Positions 35,421-53,762 of a stretch of 64,000 nucleotides of DNA are shown one piece after another. The stretch is from the human T2T-CHM13v2.0 reference genome, Homo sapiens. The stretch is from NCBI RefSeq assembly GCF_009914755.1, contig NC_060936.1, one strand, 5' to 3'. Below the pieces are notes generated by a model. It did no database searches, had not been told where the DNA came from, and was given only the letters and a program-made list of their open reading frames with translations. The position numbers and the translations under genes are program-made. Positions within the stretch are counted from its first letter, which is position 1; each line of letters opens with the position of its first letter.

Positions 35421-38400
35421 TGAGCACCACCATGCCCAGTTAATTTTTTATTTTTTGTAGAGATGGTATCTAACTATGTTGCCCAGGCTCGTCTCAAACT
35501 CCTGGCCTCAAGTGATCCTCTCGCCTTGGTCTCCCAAAGTGCTGGGATTACAGGTGTGAGCCACTGGGCCAGGCTGAGAGGTTATGGATTTTGAGGAGAG
35601 TTGAGCAGATTTGGGGTTTTAGGAGGATCTCTACACAAAAGGCTTCTAGAGTGGGGAATGCTTTGGAGAGAAGAAAAACTAGAGACATGGAGATCAGCTG
35701 GAAGCCACTGTGGTGGTCCAGGAGAGGCTTGTGGGGGCTGGGCCTGAGGTTGTGCTGAGGGGGATGAAGAGAAGTGGACCTGCTAAAGGTCACAGTGCTG
35801 GTTAGTGACGGACCAGGGGCGGGAGCTGTTGACTAATTACATAAGAATTTCCTGCCAGGAAATTAGCCTTTTTTTCTTGTTTATTTAGGCATGAATTTAA
35901 TATATGTGCTACTTGATAGAAACAGATAAGTAACTACAAGTAACTGGGCAGGGATGGTTAGCTGGGAGGTATGGATTTCATTTCCATTACTAATGCCTGC
36001 AATTGCTGATAATAGACGTGCCCCAGGAATCGCTGCAAGGGAAATGGAGCAAGGTGAGCCATTCTCTTTGAAGGAGTTTTTTCCAGCTCTACCGGTTTAT
36101 GTGTATAGGGTCACACCCTACCTTCTTATAACTGCCTCATTTGTTCTCCTTTGGGTCAGGCTGAAAGTGTTTGTTTGCTTTTTCTGGTTTTATTGGCATA
36201 GAAAACTCTAGCAAGATGTGATTGGCCACTCTGTGGGGGCATCACTGGCCTTTCAAGCTGTGTTTCTCAAACATTCTCTGTGGACGCAGATTGGTCATGG
36301 CATCTGCATTCCTGGAAGGTGCAGGCTGATGGGTGGAGCGGAGGAGTTTTGAGGAGCCAGATGAGATGAGGCACCTGGGGACAGGTGACCCCAGCAGCTG
36401 CCGCTTGCAGGAGAGAGCTTCTGAGGAAAGACATCTGAGTCAGCAGGGTGACTGCTGGGACTGTGGGCAAAGCATGAGCCCAGCGGTGTTCTCATCCACC
36501 CAGTTAGGCGACCCTGAAGGTCTATGATGATAATCTAAATGATCCCTGAAAGGATCTGCTCTAATCTCTTCGCTGGTCCATGAACCTGCCAGGCTTGTTC
36601 TGATTCCGTATGGGAATTTGATTGATAAAGTCCTATGCATTCTTGAGTCACCCCCATCACCCACCCTCTACTCCCTTTGAAGAACCACAGAGGGAAGAGT
36701 AGACACCATACAGCTCACACTGACTCACTTCTGTGTTCAATGCATTGCTCCTCTTAGTCTCCCAGCTTTTCTAGAAGCCCTCTGAGGGCTTTTTTTTTTC
36801 CTTTTCTTTTTGAGACAGGGTCTCTGTTGCCCAGGCTGGAGTGCAGTGGCATGCTCTCAGCTCGCTCTGCCTCCTGGGCTCAAGTGATCCTCCTACCACA
36901 GCCTCCTGAGTAGCAGGACTACAGGTGCGCACTACCACGCCTCGCTAATTTTTGTATTTTTAGTAGAGATGGGGTTTCACCATGTTGCCTAGGCTGGTCT
37001 CAAACTCCTGACCTCAAGTGATCTGCCCACCTCAGCCTCCCAAAGTGCTGGGGTTACAGGCGTCAGCCACCGCACCTGGCCCTTCTGAGGGCTTTTTATT
37101 CCTTCTATGTTCTCGTAACTCCTCTCAGAGTTTTTAGGTGACCTCTGTTGATTGACAGATCCAGAAGTTTGGAAGATGTGTCAGCCTGAATTTACAGATT
37201 GGGAAGCCGAAGAGGAAGGGTTTAGCCACCTGCCCAAGATTGTGAGAATTGGCAGTTATTCACCAGATAACCAGGAACAGTCCTAGAGTTAAACATTTTA
37301 CATACATTTGTTGTTTAATCCTTTCAACAAAGCCTAAGAGGTAGAAGGTCTCATTATCCCCATTTCATAGCTGAGGAAATTGAAGCTTACAGTTTTTAAA
37401 TAACTCCACTGCACTTACATGTCAAACTCAGAATTAAACCCAGTCTTATTCCTAACTGCTTCTCATTTTCAGCACTTCCTACATTGTATTACAGCTTCAT
37501 CTACTTGCCTTCTCTGCAAATTAGACTATTACCTTTTCTAAAGGCAGGAACAATACTTTTTATTTTAATCAGGACCTAGCACACAACCTGATACATAGTT
37601 GATGTTTAATGAATGATTATTAACCAAATGTTAAAAGAATAAAGAGCTGGTGATAAAGCTAACTTCTAGTCCAGGTATGCACTGCCTCCCTGCAAAGGCC
37701 AGGCTGGCCTGCTCCCTTTCAGAATGGGATCTCATAGGAGCCTCTTCTCTACTCAAAGTGACACCATCAGACCCCATATATGGGGAACAATGTTACTTCC
37801 TGGTTTCCTTTAAAAGCCCTTTGGGAGGAGACAGTGAGCAGGCGTCAGTCTTGGGGAGCCTCTTCAGCCCTGCAGGGTTGGGGCCTCCTTTCTGTCTCTC
37901 CTCCATGGCACAGAGCTCCACTTACAATCCACAGAAACCCTTGGAGGCAGTGAGCATCAGCCTCCATCTAAAGTGGTGATGACCAGCCTAGTCTCTGGCT
38001 GGAGAAACTTGGAGTTGATTCTGGTTCTCTTGGGCCAGATATTAACCTTATGAAGTCTCAGTTTCCTCCCTATAATGTGGGGATACATATAATGTCCATT
38101 TCATCCAGTTGCTATCAAGATTGAATGAGAAAATGCATGCCCAGTCCTCATCACAGCATGAGGTGAATGACAGCTTTGGTTACTGGAATTTGAAGGCCTG
38201 AGAGAGGAATGTGAAAGAGGAACTAATAATAACATCAGGCACTGCAGGGCGCTTTGCCAATCACTCTTTTTTTTTTTTTTTGAGTCAGGGTCTCCTTCTG
38301 TGGCCCAGTCTGGAATGTTAGTGGTGCAATCTCGACTCACTGCAACCTCCGCCTCCCGGATTCAAGTGATTCTCCTGCCTCAGCCTCCCAAGTAGCTGGG

Positions 38401-38740
38401 ATTACACGTACGCACCACCATGCCCGGCAAATTTTTGTATTTTTAGTAGAGATAGGGTTTCAACATATTGGCCAGGCTGGTCTCAAACTCGTGACCTCAA
38501 GTGATCTGCCCGCCTCAGCCTCCCAAAATGCTGGGATTATAGGCGTGAACCATCACACCGGGCCATTCCAATCACTCTTCATTTCCTGCATCTCAAAGCA
38601 ACGCTGTCAAACAGTTGGAGTTGATTTTCTAGGCCTTTCTGTTTTCCCCCTCCTGCTTGCCATTGCAGGGCCTCCTCTGGTCACTCGTACCAGTGAGAGA
38701 TCAGGCTCCTTTAGGAAGTACTCACAGCGGAAAATCAGCT

Positions 38741-40113
<1,373 letters not shown>

Positions 40114-41973
40114 GTAACCGAGAGAGGGGACTTAACTTTTTGTATATGTTTATAAATTAGTTCCATTTGTATGTTCATTCTTTTTTCTAGTGTCTTATCT
40201 TTGGGCTTATTTTATAACTTAAGTCTGTAAAGCAGTCACTCTGAACCTGTAGTGAGTTGAAGAAGCCCTTAAAACATCTCCTCTGGGCCGGGTGCGGTGG
40301 CTTACGCCTGTAATCCCAGCACTTTGGGAGGCTGAGGCAGGTGGATCACGAGGTCAGGAGATCGAGACCATCCTGGCTAACATGGTGAAACCCCGTCTCT
40401 ACTAAAAATACAAAAAATTAGCAGGGCGTGGTGGCGGGTGCCTGTAGTCCCACCTACTCGGGAGGCTGAGGCAGGAGAATGGGGTGAACCCAGGAGGCGG
40501 AGCTTGTGGTGAGCCGAGATCGTGTCACTGCACTCCAGCCTGGGCGACAAAGCAACGCTCCGTCTCAAAAAACAAACAAAGAAACAAACAAAATCTCCTC
40601 TGAAAAATGTCATTATTACCTTTCCTTAGTTCCAGGAGTCCGGGAGCCTCCTTTGTGCAGAGATCTTTGTATTGCCACATTAGTGCAATGCCCTGCACAT
40701 AATAGATGCTTAATATATAGCACTGCACTGAACTGAAATGAGTAGTGACACTTGCCAGACAGTCTTGCAAAAGAGGAACAGGTGAATCCTTAACACAATT
40801 CAAGGTCTTACAGGAAGAAACTGCCAGTCAACCAAAACTAAACCGAGGCATACATTTCTTTCCTCACCTGGCTTACAATGCTGGAAGGTCTCTGGTTTCC
40901 TCTAAAGTGCCCTGGGTTTAGCCCATTAAACCTTATCTGTCTTATAAACCTTGCCATGAATATGCTTATCAGCTTCTTCCTGGGAGCATAAAATGGGTTT
41001 GGATAATGACTATAAAGCGCTGGAATAAGGAAGGTGCTCAACAGAAGTTGTTAGTGTAAACAAGAGCAGGTTAGAAGTGAGAAGAAGGTGCTCAGAGGAC
41101 AGAGGAGATATGGGGAAGGACTTGGAATTAGTGGGGTGGAACTGGGGAGGAGAGCAGGAGGCCTGGCACTGAGAGCATCTCCTTCCCAGCTTGTTCTAGA
41201 CAAGAGTAGCCTTGCCTGCCAGAAGCCCTGAGATTACAGGTGAGCTGGATCCCGAGAAATGAAGTCCCTGACTAATAGCAAATAAAGACACGGCCATTTG
41301 ATAGTTCTGTTCTACATCTCGGAATGGGTAGAAATACAATAATAGCACCAAACATGAATTATGGAAAACAAGCTGTGAATGGAGACATTTGCTAAGAGAT
41401 GCCAGCCTGGCTCAGCGAAGTCAATTCATCAGCTATTTTCACTTGGGAAACAGAAATTAAGGGCAGAGCCGCAGTCCCTGCCAAACCTAACAGTCTGAAA
41501 AGCAGACTGTGTAACTTACCAAGGCCTCAGGGCAACATTAGCTGCAAATGAGCTCAGCAGGGCGGGGGCCTCCGCACAGTTCTCTAGGGGGAGAGATGGC
41601 AGGGGCCACAGCCTCTAATGTTAAAGCCACCTGCAGGGCCAGAGGGCCTCTCTGGAGGCAGAGGGATGCAGCAAAGACTACTTGGCTCTGCAGTCAGGGC
41701 TGGGCCGGGTGGTGCCGCACCGCTTTCTAATGGTAACTTAACCTCTCCAAGCTTCTTTCCTCATCTATAAAATGAGGCTAATAGCATCTGCTCTGCAGAG
41801 TTTCTGTAAAGATTAAAAACAAGACAAAGCAAGCACAAGGGCTTTGGAAACTGTAAAAGCTCTGGATATCAGATGTCATTATCATGAAAGAGAAACAATA
41901 CTGGTTAAAAACAAAAGTTTCCTTCTGATGACTATTCCATGGTGTATTTTAGTGAAAGGGAAAAAAAATCCTA

Positions 41974-42764
<791 letters not shown>

Positions 42765-42767
42765 TAG

Positions 42768-42935
<168 letters not shown>

Positions 42936-43222
42936 TGACTCTATGCCCCGCTAATTTTTGTATTTTTAGTAGAGATGGGGGTTTCACCATGTTGGCCAGG
43001 CTGGTCTCACACTCCTGACCTCATGATCCGCCTGCCTCGGCCTCCCAAAGTGCTGGGATTACAGGCGTGAGCCACCGTGCCCGGCCTAGCTTTTTTTGAT
43101 TTTTAGTAGAGATGAAGTCTTGCTATGTTGTCCAGACTTGTCTGGATTTCCGGAACTCAAATAATATATTTCTGACCACAAGGGAGAAGGTTCTTAACTT
43201 GAGGCCCATCCTTGAGTCCCTC

Positions 43223-43247
43223 TGTGTGTGTGTGTGTGTGTGTGTGT
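43223..43247. repeat. (TG)n microsatellite
   Basis: ~12 TG units. Confidence 0.9.
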
Positions 43248-43264
43248 GGTCCATGGACACTAGG

Positions 43265-43473
43265 TGTCTTAGTCTGCTGGGGCTGCAATAACAAAATGCC
43301 ATAGCACAGGTAGTCAAATAACAGAGATTTATTTTCTCACAATTCTCGAGGCTAGAAGTCCATGATCAGGGTGCAGGATGGCTGGGTTCTGGTGAGGGCT
43401 CTCTTTCCAGCTCATGGACAATGGCCATCTTTTTGGTGTGCTCACGTGACCTCTTCTTTGCATGAGAAGGACG

Positions 43474-43504
<31 letters not shown>

Positions 43505-43732
43505 CAGAGAGAGAGAGAGACAGAGACAGAGAGGGAGAGAGAGAGAGAGAGAGAGAGAATGAGGAAGCTCTCTGGTGTCTTCTAAGGGCACTAACCCCTA
43601 TCATAAGGATCCTACCCTTATCACCTCATCTAAATCTAATTACTTCCTAAAAGCCCTACCTCCTGATACCATCACACTGGGGGTTGAAACTTCAGATGTG
43701 AATTTTAGAGGGGCACAATTCAGTCATTGGCA
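43265..43732 (-). mobile_element. MLT1A-like MaLR LTR containing a (TA)n(GA)n microsatellite
   Basis: TGTCTTAGTCTGCTGGGGCTGCAATAACAAAATGCCATAG...GGGCACAATTCAGTCATTGGCA. Confidence 0.75.
43474..43558. repeat. (TA)n(GA)n microsatellite
   Basis: Directly visible inside the MLT1A LTR. Confidence 0.9.
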
Positions 43733-43914
43733 CCAGGTTATGAACCCTGCACTACAGAAGATAGGGAGCCTTGGTCTCTGAGCTCAAGTGTAACATTTCT
43801 TTCATTTTTTTTTTCCTTTGGGTGAAAGCAGAAAATGCAGGACTAAAAAAATGCAGAATCTGGTGAAACCCCATCTTTACTAAAATACAAAAAAAAAAAA
43901 AAAAAAAAAAATTA

Positions 43915-44457
<543 letters not shown>

Positions 44458-45668
44458 CTAAAATGTTATCCTTGGGCAGGTACTAAAGTGGGAATTAGGG
44501 TGCTATAGCAGCTGGATGCTAGGAACAAGAGTCTAGAGACCTGGGTTCTAGTCCTGCCTCCCCAGTCAACCCGAATTGGGACCTAAGACACATCATTCCG
44601 TATCTCTGAACTTCAGTTTTTTCACTGGTCAAGCTTATTCCCATCTAATGCTACTACTTATTGATGCCATATCATGAGCCAGACACTAAGCTATTTCCTC
44701 CCTGTCCCCCCACCCCCAATATAATTGCTGATGTGTTTAATATTACTGCAAAGCAAGTCTTATTATACCCATTTTACAGCTAAGGAGGAGGTTAAATAGT
44801 TGGCCCCAGGTCATATAACTATTTAAAGAATGAGCTGCAATTGGCATTCAGGCTTAGCCAACTCCAGGCTCAGCCAACTTCCAGGCTCTTGCTATATATG
44901 GTTGTATTGACATTATGGTTATGCTGTGAGAATTACACGGGACACCATGTAGAAAATCTTTTGAAAACCATGAAACATTCTCTCTCTCTGCATACAGACA
45001 CACACACACGTACTGTTATGATTTTGTGGGAAGACAGCCATACTTCTTTACAATGGAAAATAGAATTCCCATAGGTCTCAATTCAAAAATTCTTTCTCAG
45101 GGGATCTAGACGTGCCTTGGTTATGGGAAACCAAGTGGTCATACTCCTGGGGCCCTCATCTTTAGCAAGATGAAGGTGGCTTGGTCTTCTCCCGCTTCCC
45201 CGTAAGATCTCTTCTCTCCTCAATACCCACCTTTGTCAGGCCCTATTTACACTGTTCCCTCCCAAGGCCACACCCATCAATTTCTTGAAAAGGCATTTCA
45301 GGCAGTCGTGGTTTTGCGTAGTACAAGAGAAATAAGGAAATGACTCGTGGGTGAGTGGAGAGCCCAATGGCACCCTTGTTCTGCCGCCCCCCTGCCGCAG
45401 GCCAGGGTGGTTCGGAGTTGCCACTGCAGTGTGTCCCTGATGGTGGGGCTCTGGGGTGTTTCCTTAGCAGCAGCCTAGAGTCTCTCTGCAGGAGTTTCAC
45501 TCTGGGTTGGGGTCTGTGTTGTCTTTGGAATGAGCCCGTTAAACAGAAGATATCAGGCCAGGCACGGTGGCTCCACTTTGCGAGGTGGAGGAGGAAGGAT
45601 TCTTTGAGCCCAGGAGTTTGAGACCACCTGGGCAACATTGGGAGACTCCGTCTCTATTAAAAATTTTA

Positions 45669-46490
<822 letters not shown>

Positions 46491-47614
46491 TTATACAAGT
46501 TTGTAGAGAGAATACATGAACAGTTCTCCATAGTCCTTTTGTACTCAAAAGGAGAGCTAGCACACAGTACGACTTCAATCAATACTTGGTTCTTACCTCT
46601 GTCTTCCCTGAGGTGTTTCATTCTTCAGATGCCTCAGGAAACCATGAGTGAGGCTGTATTAAAGAACGTGTTTAAGGCCGGGCGCGGTGGCTCATGCCTG
46701 TAATCCCAGCACTTTGGGAGGCCGAGGCGGGCGGATCACCAGGTCAGGAGATCGAGACCATCCTGGCTAACATGGTGAAACCCCGTCTCTACTAAAAATG
46801 GAAAAAAATAGCCAGGCGTGGTGGCGGGTGCCTGTAGTCCCAGTTACTCAGGAGGCTGAGGCAGGAAAATGGTGTCAACCCGGGAGGCAGAGCTTGCAGT
46901 GAGCCAAGAAAACGCCACTGCACTCCAGCCTGGGCGACAGAGCGAGACTCTGTCTCAAAAAAAAAAAAAAAAAACAACAAAGAACATATTTAAAAACCTC
47001 AGGCCAGTCTGCACTGAAAAGCCAAATATTTCCTCTATGCTCGGGGGAGAATTAACTTTGTTTACTGACCTTCTTATCTTGGTAGAAATGCTTTTCTGTG
47101 TTCCACTGACTCATCAAGTAAATTTCAGACAATGTACTTTTCTTTTTACAGGTCTTAGCCCAGCCCAGCCCCTTAGGGATACAGGAGATCTGAGAGCAAG
47201 ATCTGAGAGCAAATAAAGCAAGTTTATTTGAGAACAATTTCAAAAGTGAAGGTGTTCCTTGTCACCCTATATTGAAATTCTGGATTGTTCCAGTCAATGA
47301 GAGTAGAAGTGTTTTCATTTCTCTCACCTTCTTTTATTTGCTGGGGGATAAATGTTGTGGCTTGAAGGCAGAGCAAGGAATTTGTGTTCTATACTGGAAC
47401 TCTAAGTGAATCATCTCACCTGTGAACTATTGTGAAAAAAGCCTATGACTTCAAACTTGTGCAAGATGGTGCCGTAGAGGATAAAAACAAGATGGAGGCA
47501 GGATGGGATGGCTCACGCCTGTAATCCCGGTAGTTTGGGAGGCCGAAGCGGGTGGATCACCTGAGGTCAGGAGTTCGAGACCAGCTTGGCCAACATGAAA
47601 CCCCGTCTCTATTA

Positions 47615-47860
<246 letters not shown>

Positions 47861-48091
47861 CTAAACTCCTCTGGGGATTGGCAAACTTCATGTTAACTTC
47901 TATATCCTAACACCTGATGTGTCACCAGACTCTTGCCTCACCGTCAGGGTGTTCCATTCCATCCCATTCAGCCGCACCAGCACGAGTGATTTTACCGTGA
48001 AGTAGGAAAGAGAATTAATGAGAAAGCACTTCCAGAATTCTGCTGGGGAAAGTAAGAGGTTATAACATTTTAAGGGATCATCCCAGTTTCA

Positions 48092-48489
<398 letters not shown>

Positions 48490-49435
48490 CTACCTTCCTT
48501 CTTGCCTTTGATGTCAGAAATCCAAAAGCGGGTGAGTAAATGTTACTGAAAATCTCCTGAGTGCTAGATGTAAATTACATCTGATGCTCACCACAACCCT
48601 GTGAATTCAGTGTGGTGAGTGCCCTTTCCTTAGATGAGGAAAAAGACCATCATGCTGTTGAGTAGGGTTCAAGCCAGTTCTTCCTAACTCCAATGTTCAA
48701 GTTCACTCCCAATTACTGCCTCTAGGTCAGGCAAAGGCTTTTAAGCAGCAAGAACCAGAAGAACAGACTGATTTATGAGGCCTGATCAAAAATGAGGCTG
48801 AGGTATGAGCCTTCCTAGCCACTGGCTCCCCTCCCTGCCCTGAGACAGCCTCAGAGAGAGAGCGAGAGAAGTCAGAGGAGATTCATGGAGTGGGAAGGAG
48901 AATCCCACAACTGCGCTGGGTTTCATGTCACTGAACCAGCCTGCGTACTTAATGGGATTCTCTAACCCAGCCGTGGGGTTACTGGTAGCACCTCTCTGGT
49001 TTCAGCGAAGGGGCTTCGGTTTATGAATTTCCTTGGAGTTAAGACCCTGGGAATGAGTGCAATCTTAAAGTCCATCCCAGAGAAGGTGGGGAAGTTTTTA
49101 AAATAGCCTGATAACAATGAGAGGCCCCCTGAGAGGCAGCGCTGGGGCTGGCCAGCCTCCTGACCGCAAGGGTTCCCTACAGACTGCATTCCGGGGCTTC
49201 AGGTGTCATCTCTCACTCAGCAGGCACGTGTTTGCCCTCTGCACGTGCCACTCCTGTCTCCATTCCACCTGGGGACTGGGTGTGGGGCGGGGGGGCGGCA
49301 GGGAGGGGCGGGGGATGAAACCAAGGCATTGGAGATGAAGCCCTAGAGACTCCTGCTGTGCTAGGTGGACTCTTTTTAGCATGTCACATGCTGGCATATG
49401 CAAAAATTTCAAAGGTGTACATTTCAAAGGTGTAT

Positions 49436-49725
49436 TGTTGCTGTAACAAAGTACAAAAAACAGGGCAGCTTAAAACAGCAAAAACACGTATTGCCTCATA
49501 GTTCTGGAGGGTGCAAGTCCAAGATCAGGGTGTAGGCAGGGTAGGTTCCTTCTGGAGGCTCTGAAGGAGAAGCATCCCATGCCTTCAGTCTTGGGTTCCT
49601 CGGCTTGTAGCAGCATCACTCCAGGCTCTGCCTCTGTCTTCCCAAGGCCTTCTCTGTGTGTCTGTCTCCTCTGTGTCTCTGTATCTCTCTTCCTATAAAG
49701 ACACCAGTTATTGGATTTAGGGCCA
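49436..49725 (-). mobile_element. MLT1B/C-like LTR fragment
   Basis: GCTGTAACAAAGTAC...CTCATAGTTCTGGAGG...CTATAAAGACACCAGTTATTGGATTTAGGGCC. Confidence 0.7.
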
Positions 49726-50468
49726 CAGGAATGGCTCTTCCTCTCACACATGGCATTGTGACCATCCCTACTTCATGCCTTCAGTGCCCCTCTGCTTCTG
49801 AGTCTGGGACTCCAGACTCAAGCTGGCCACTGGACACTGGCCAGATGCCTCTCCTCTTGCCCACAGGTTGTGCTCATACTTTCTTTCTTTTTTTTCTTAG
49901 AGTCTCGCTCTGTTGCCCAGCCTGGAGTGCAGTGGCACCACTATAGCCCGCTGCAGCCTCAGCCTCCTGGGCTCAAGTGATCCTCTTACCTTGGCCTCCT
50001 GAGTAGTTGGGATTACAGGTGTATGCCACCAGGCCTGGCTAATTTTTTTTTAATTTTTGTAGTGAGGAGGGTCTCACTACATTGTCTAGGCTGGTCTTGA
50101 ACTCCTGGACTCAAGAAATCTTCCTGCCTCAAAGTCTGGGATTACAGGTATGAGCCACTATGCCCGGTGTGTGCTCACACTTTCTTAACAGGCAGGGCTG
50201 ACACATGCCTCTGTGCTTCTGTGCATTCTGCCCCCTCTGCATGAAATGCCCTTCCTGATCCTTGCCCCTCTTCTCTTCTCCATCTGAAAAGCCTTAACTC
50301 ATCCTTTAAGCCTCCCTGCCTCAGTAGTGCCTACTCTGAATTCCGGGGTGAGTATTGACTGCAGCTTTTTGTGCCTGACCGTGGTCCTTGTGCATTTTTT
50401 CTGGTGTGACACCTCACACAATGCATTGTTTTTTTTTTTTTGGTTTTTTTTTGTTTTTGTTTTTTTGA

Positions 50469-50576
<108 letters not shown>

Positions 50577-50826
50577 TAGCAGCTGAGACTACAAGCGCCC
50601 TTGACCACGCCTGGCTAATTTTTTGTATTTTTATTAGAGATGGTGTTTCACCGTGGTAACCAGGATGGTCTCGATCTCCTGACCTCGTGATCCGCCTGCC
50701 TCGGCCTCCCAAAGTGCTGGGATTACAGGCATGAGCCACCGCGCCTGGCCCACAATGCATTGTTTTTGTTTGATTACTGCCCATCTCTCCACCAGACTGA
50801 GCTTCTTCTTCTTTTTTTTTTTTTGA

Positions 50827-51140
<314 letters not shown>

Positions 51141-52959
51141 TGATTCTCCAGCAGAGTTACATAGAAGACCATTTATAGTTGCTAAATGACTCACTCAATA
51201 AACGGACATTCCCTTCAGAGGATAAAGATCGAGTATGGTCTTTCTCCTACTTCTGTTGTATTCCCTACAATGCATGGTGCTTAGGTGGCTCTCAAATGCT
51301 TCCAGTGATTGAATGGAAGAACCACTATTAGCAGGAACCTGGCAGGAGCTGTGGTTCACCGACACTAGCAGCTCCAATAAAGTAATAACCTAAGGAAATG
51401 GAATTCCTCTCCGCCTTCCTCCAACCAACTGAGGTACTTCTTATATGAGATTTAATTGAGGTCAGGGAAGGGAACAAGTAGCACCTTCCATCCTGCCAGT
51501 AAAAAAGCAAAGGGAGAGAAAGGGGAAGCCCCAGGCCTGAGGTCCTGCAGCCGGGAATTCCAAGGCGGCATTAGGAAGGGGGTCAGGATCAGGGCACTGG
51601 CAGAGCCGTCTGTTTTCTTGCTTCCTTCCTGCAATCAAGAGTGGGGATCTCGGTGGTGATGGTTGGTGGACATCAGAAGGGAAGGGGTCAGCAGGGACTG
51701 AGTTCTGGGACTTCCTGAATGAGGCAGACCCAGGCCCATGATCTTGGGCCATAGGCCCCCTAACCCCTGCCCACACTTTGCTGGCCTTGCAGCTGAATGA
51801 AGGTCCTCTACACCATCAGATCAGCCTCTCTTTTTGGGGGAACATGGCGCCCTTATTGTGGGGCTCTCTCTTCTCCTCTCCTCATTTCCAGTCTGGTGAG
51901 CTTTCTTCTGTGTTGCTCAACAAAGCTACCCATCACTTTCAACCGGGTGACACTCTAAGGATGATAACTAGAGTTGGGAGTGAAACATGGGTCTCCAGAC
52001 CCCCGTCCTACTGTTTCTTTCATTTATTCCCAAGAACCCTCAACCTTGGTCTGCAGACCATTTTAATAGGATGAGAGACCTAGGAAGTGAATGATTCCAT
52101 CTACTGGTCCTGTCCTTCTTCTCCTCTGGGGCATCTCAAAATCACTCAGATACCCCAGAATCACTCAGCTATTCCACCTGCCCTAGTCCTCCCTGTCTTC
52201 TTCCAGAGAGCCAGCCCCCAGGGACACAGGTGCAGGGCCGGGACTGGGAGAGGCAAGCAAGGGGACTAGAGCTCAGGATTTAAAGGGGCACTCACTCTTA
52301 AAGTTGTGGAGTGCCTCCTTGAAATCTGTGCTCTGGTTGCCTCATTGGCCTCATCTAGTCCTGGCTTTGTGCAGGCAGGTGTCTCCATAAAGGGATAGGA
52401 GGAGACCAAGAGGTTAAGAGGAGAGTAGAAAAGAGAGTACTAAGAGGACAAGGTGGGACATCCAAAGTCAATGGCACTACTCAGGAGGCTGAGGCAGGAG
52501 GATGGCTTGAGCCCAGGAGTTGGAGGCTGTAGTGAGCTATGGTGGCCTGTGAATAGCCATTGCACTCCAGCCTGGGCAACATAGTGAAACACTGTCTCTA
52601 AGAATAACAACAACAACAAACAAAGCCAATAGCAAAGTGAAGAGCAATGACTGAAGACAGGTTCAGAACAAGCATCCCCACACATGCTCTCTGTCTCACA
52701 CACCCTGGACCTGCCAGACAGATACCATCCAGAGAACAGTGAACAAAGGAAAGATCAAATACACTCATCACATTCTCATTAGGAGGACCTAATGGGAATG
52801 TGGTCCTGGGGAGGGGGTGTAGAGATAGGGTAGGATCCCCAAAACCACATCATCTTTGTTCTTTCACCATCCTCAGACTTGACGTCTTTTGCTCGATGTC
52901 ATGAAACTCACCCTAGACATGGTGATTCAGACTCCGTGCTGGAAGAGCCACCAGGGACA

Positions 52960-53762
52960 ACTAGTCCTCACTATCCAGTGTGGTAGCCACAAGCCACACA
53001 CACTTTTTGAGCAATGGAAATGTGGCTGGTCCACACTGACAGGTGCTTTAAATATAAAAGACACACTGGGTTTTTGAGGATATAGTTGGAAACCAAAGAA
53101 GTAAAATAGCCCCTTAATATTTTTAAAAATATTGATTACATGTTGAAATGATCATATTTGGGATCATATTTGGGTAAAAAATATACAGTGTTATTAAAAT
53201 TAATTTTCCTGTTTCTTTGTACTTCTTTTAATGTGGCTAGAAATTTAACATGACATATGTGGGCCAGGTGTGGTGGCTCCCACCTGTAATCCTAGCACTT
53301 TGGAAGGCCAAGGCAGGAGGATGGCATGAACCCAGGAGTTTGAGACCAGCATGTGCAACACAGCGAGACCTTGTCTCTATAAATAATAAAAAGAATTACT
53401 TGGGAGGCTGAGGCGGGAAGACTGCTTGAGCCTGGGAGGTAAAGGCTTACAGTGAGCCATGATGGTATCACTGCACCCCAGCCTGGGTGACAAAGTGAGA
53501 GTGTCTCAAACAAGAAACAAACAAAAAAATTAGCCAGGTGTGGTAATGCACACATGTGGTCCTGGGTGCTTGGGAGGCTGAGGTGGAAGGATAGCTTGAG
53601 CCTGGGTGATTGAGGCTGCAGTGAGCCGATTGTGCCATTGTACTCCAGCCTGGGTGACGGCGAGACCTTGTCTAAAAAAGAAAAAACACACAAAAAATAA
53701 AAAACAAATGTGGCTTATGTTTGTGGCTTGAATTATAGTTCTATTGTACAATGGTAGTCTAG
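52960..53762. mobile_element. MER33-like hAT-Charlie element interrupted by Alu pieces
   Basis: GGTAGCCACAAGCCACA...ATTGATTACATGTTGAAATGAT...TTTAATGTGGCTAGAAATTT motifs. Confidence 0.65.

Noticed and set aside
36524-36603. Box C (ATGATGA) ... box D (CTGA) spacing resembling a C/D snoRNA
   Set aside because: No convincing terminal stem, no recognisable rRNA guide and no evident host intron; an Rfam/snoscan hit would be needed.
49378-49392. p53 response element at AGCATGTCACATGCT
   Set aside because: The two CATG cores are too close together for two RRRCWWGYYY decamers.
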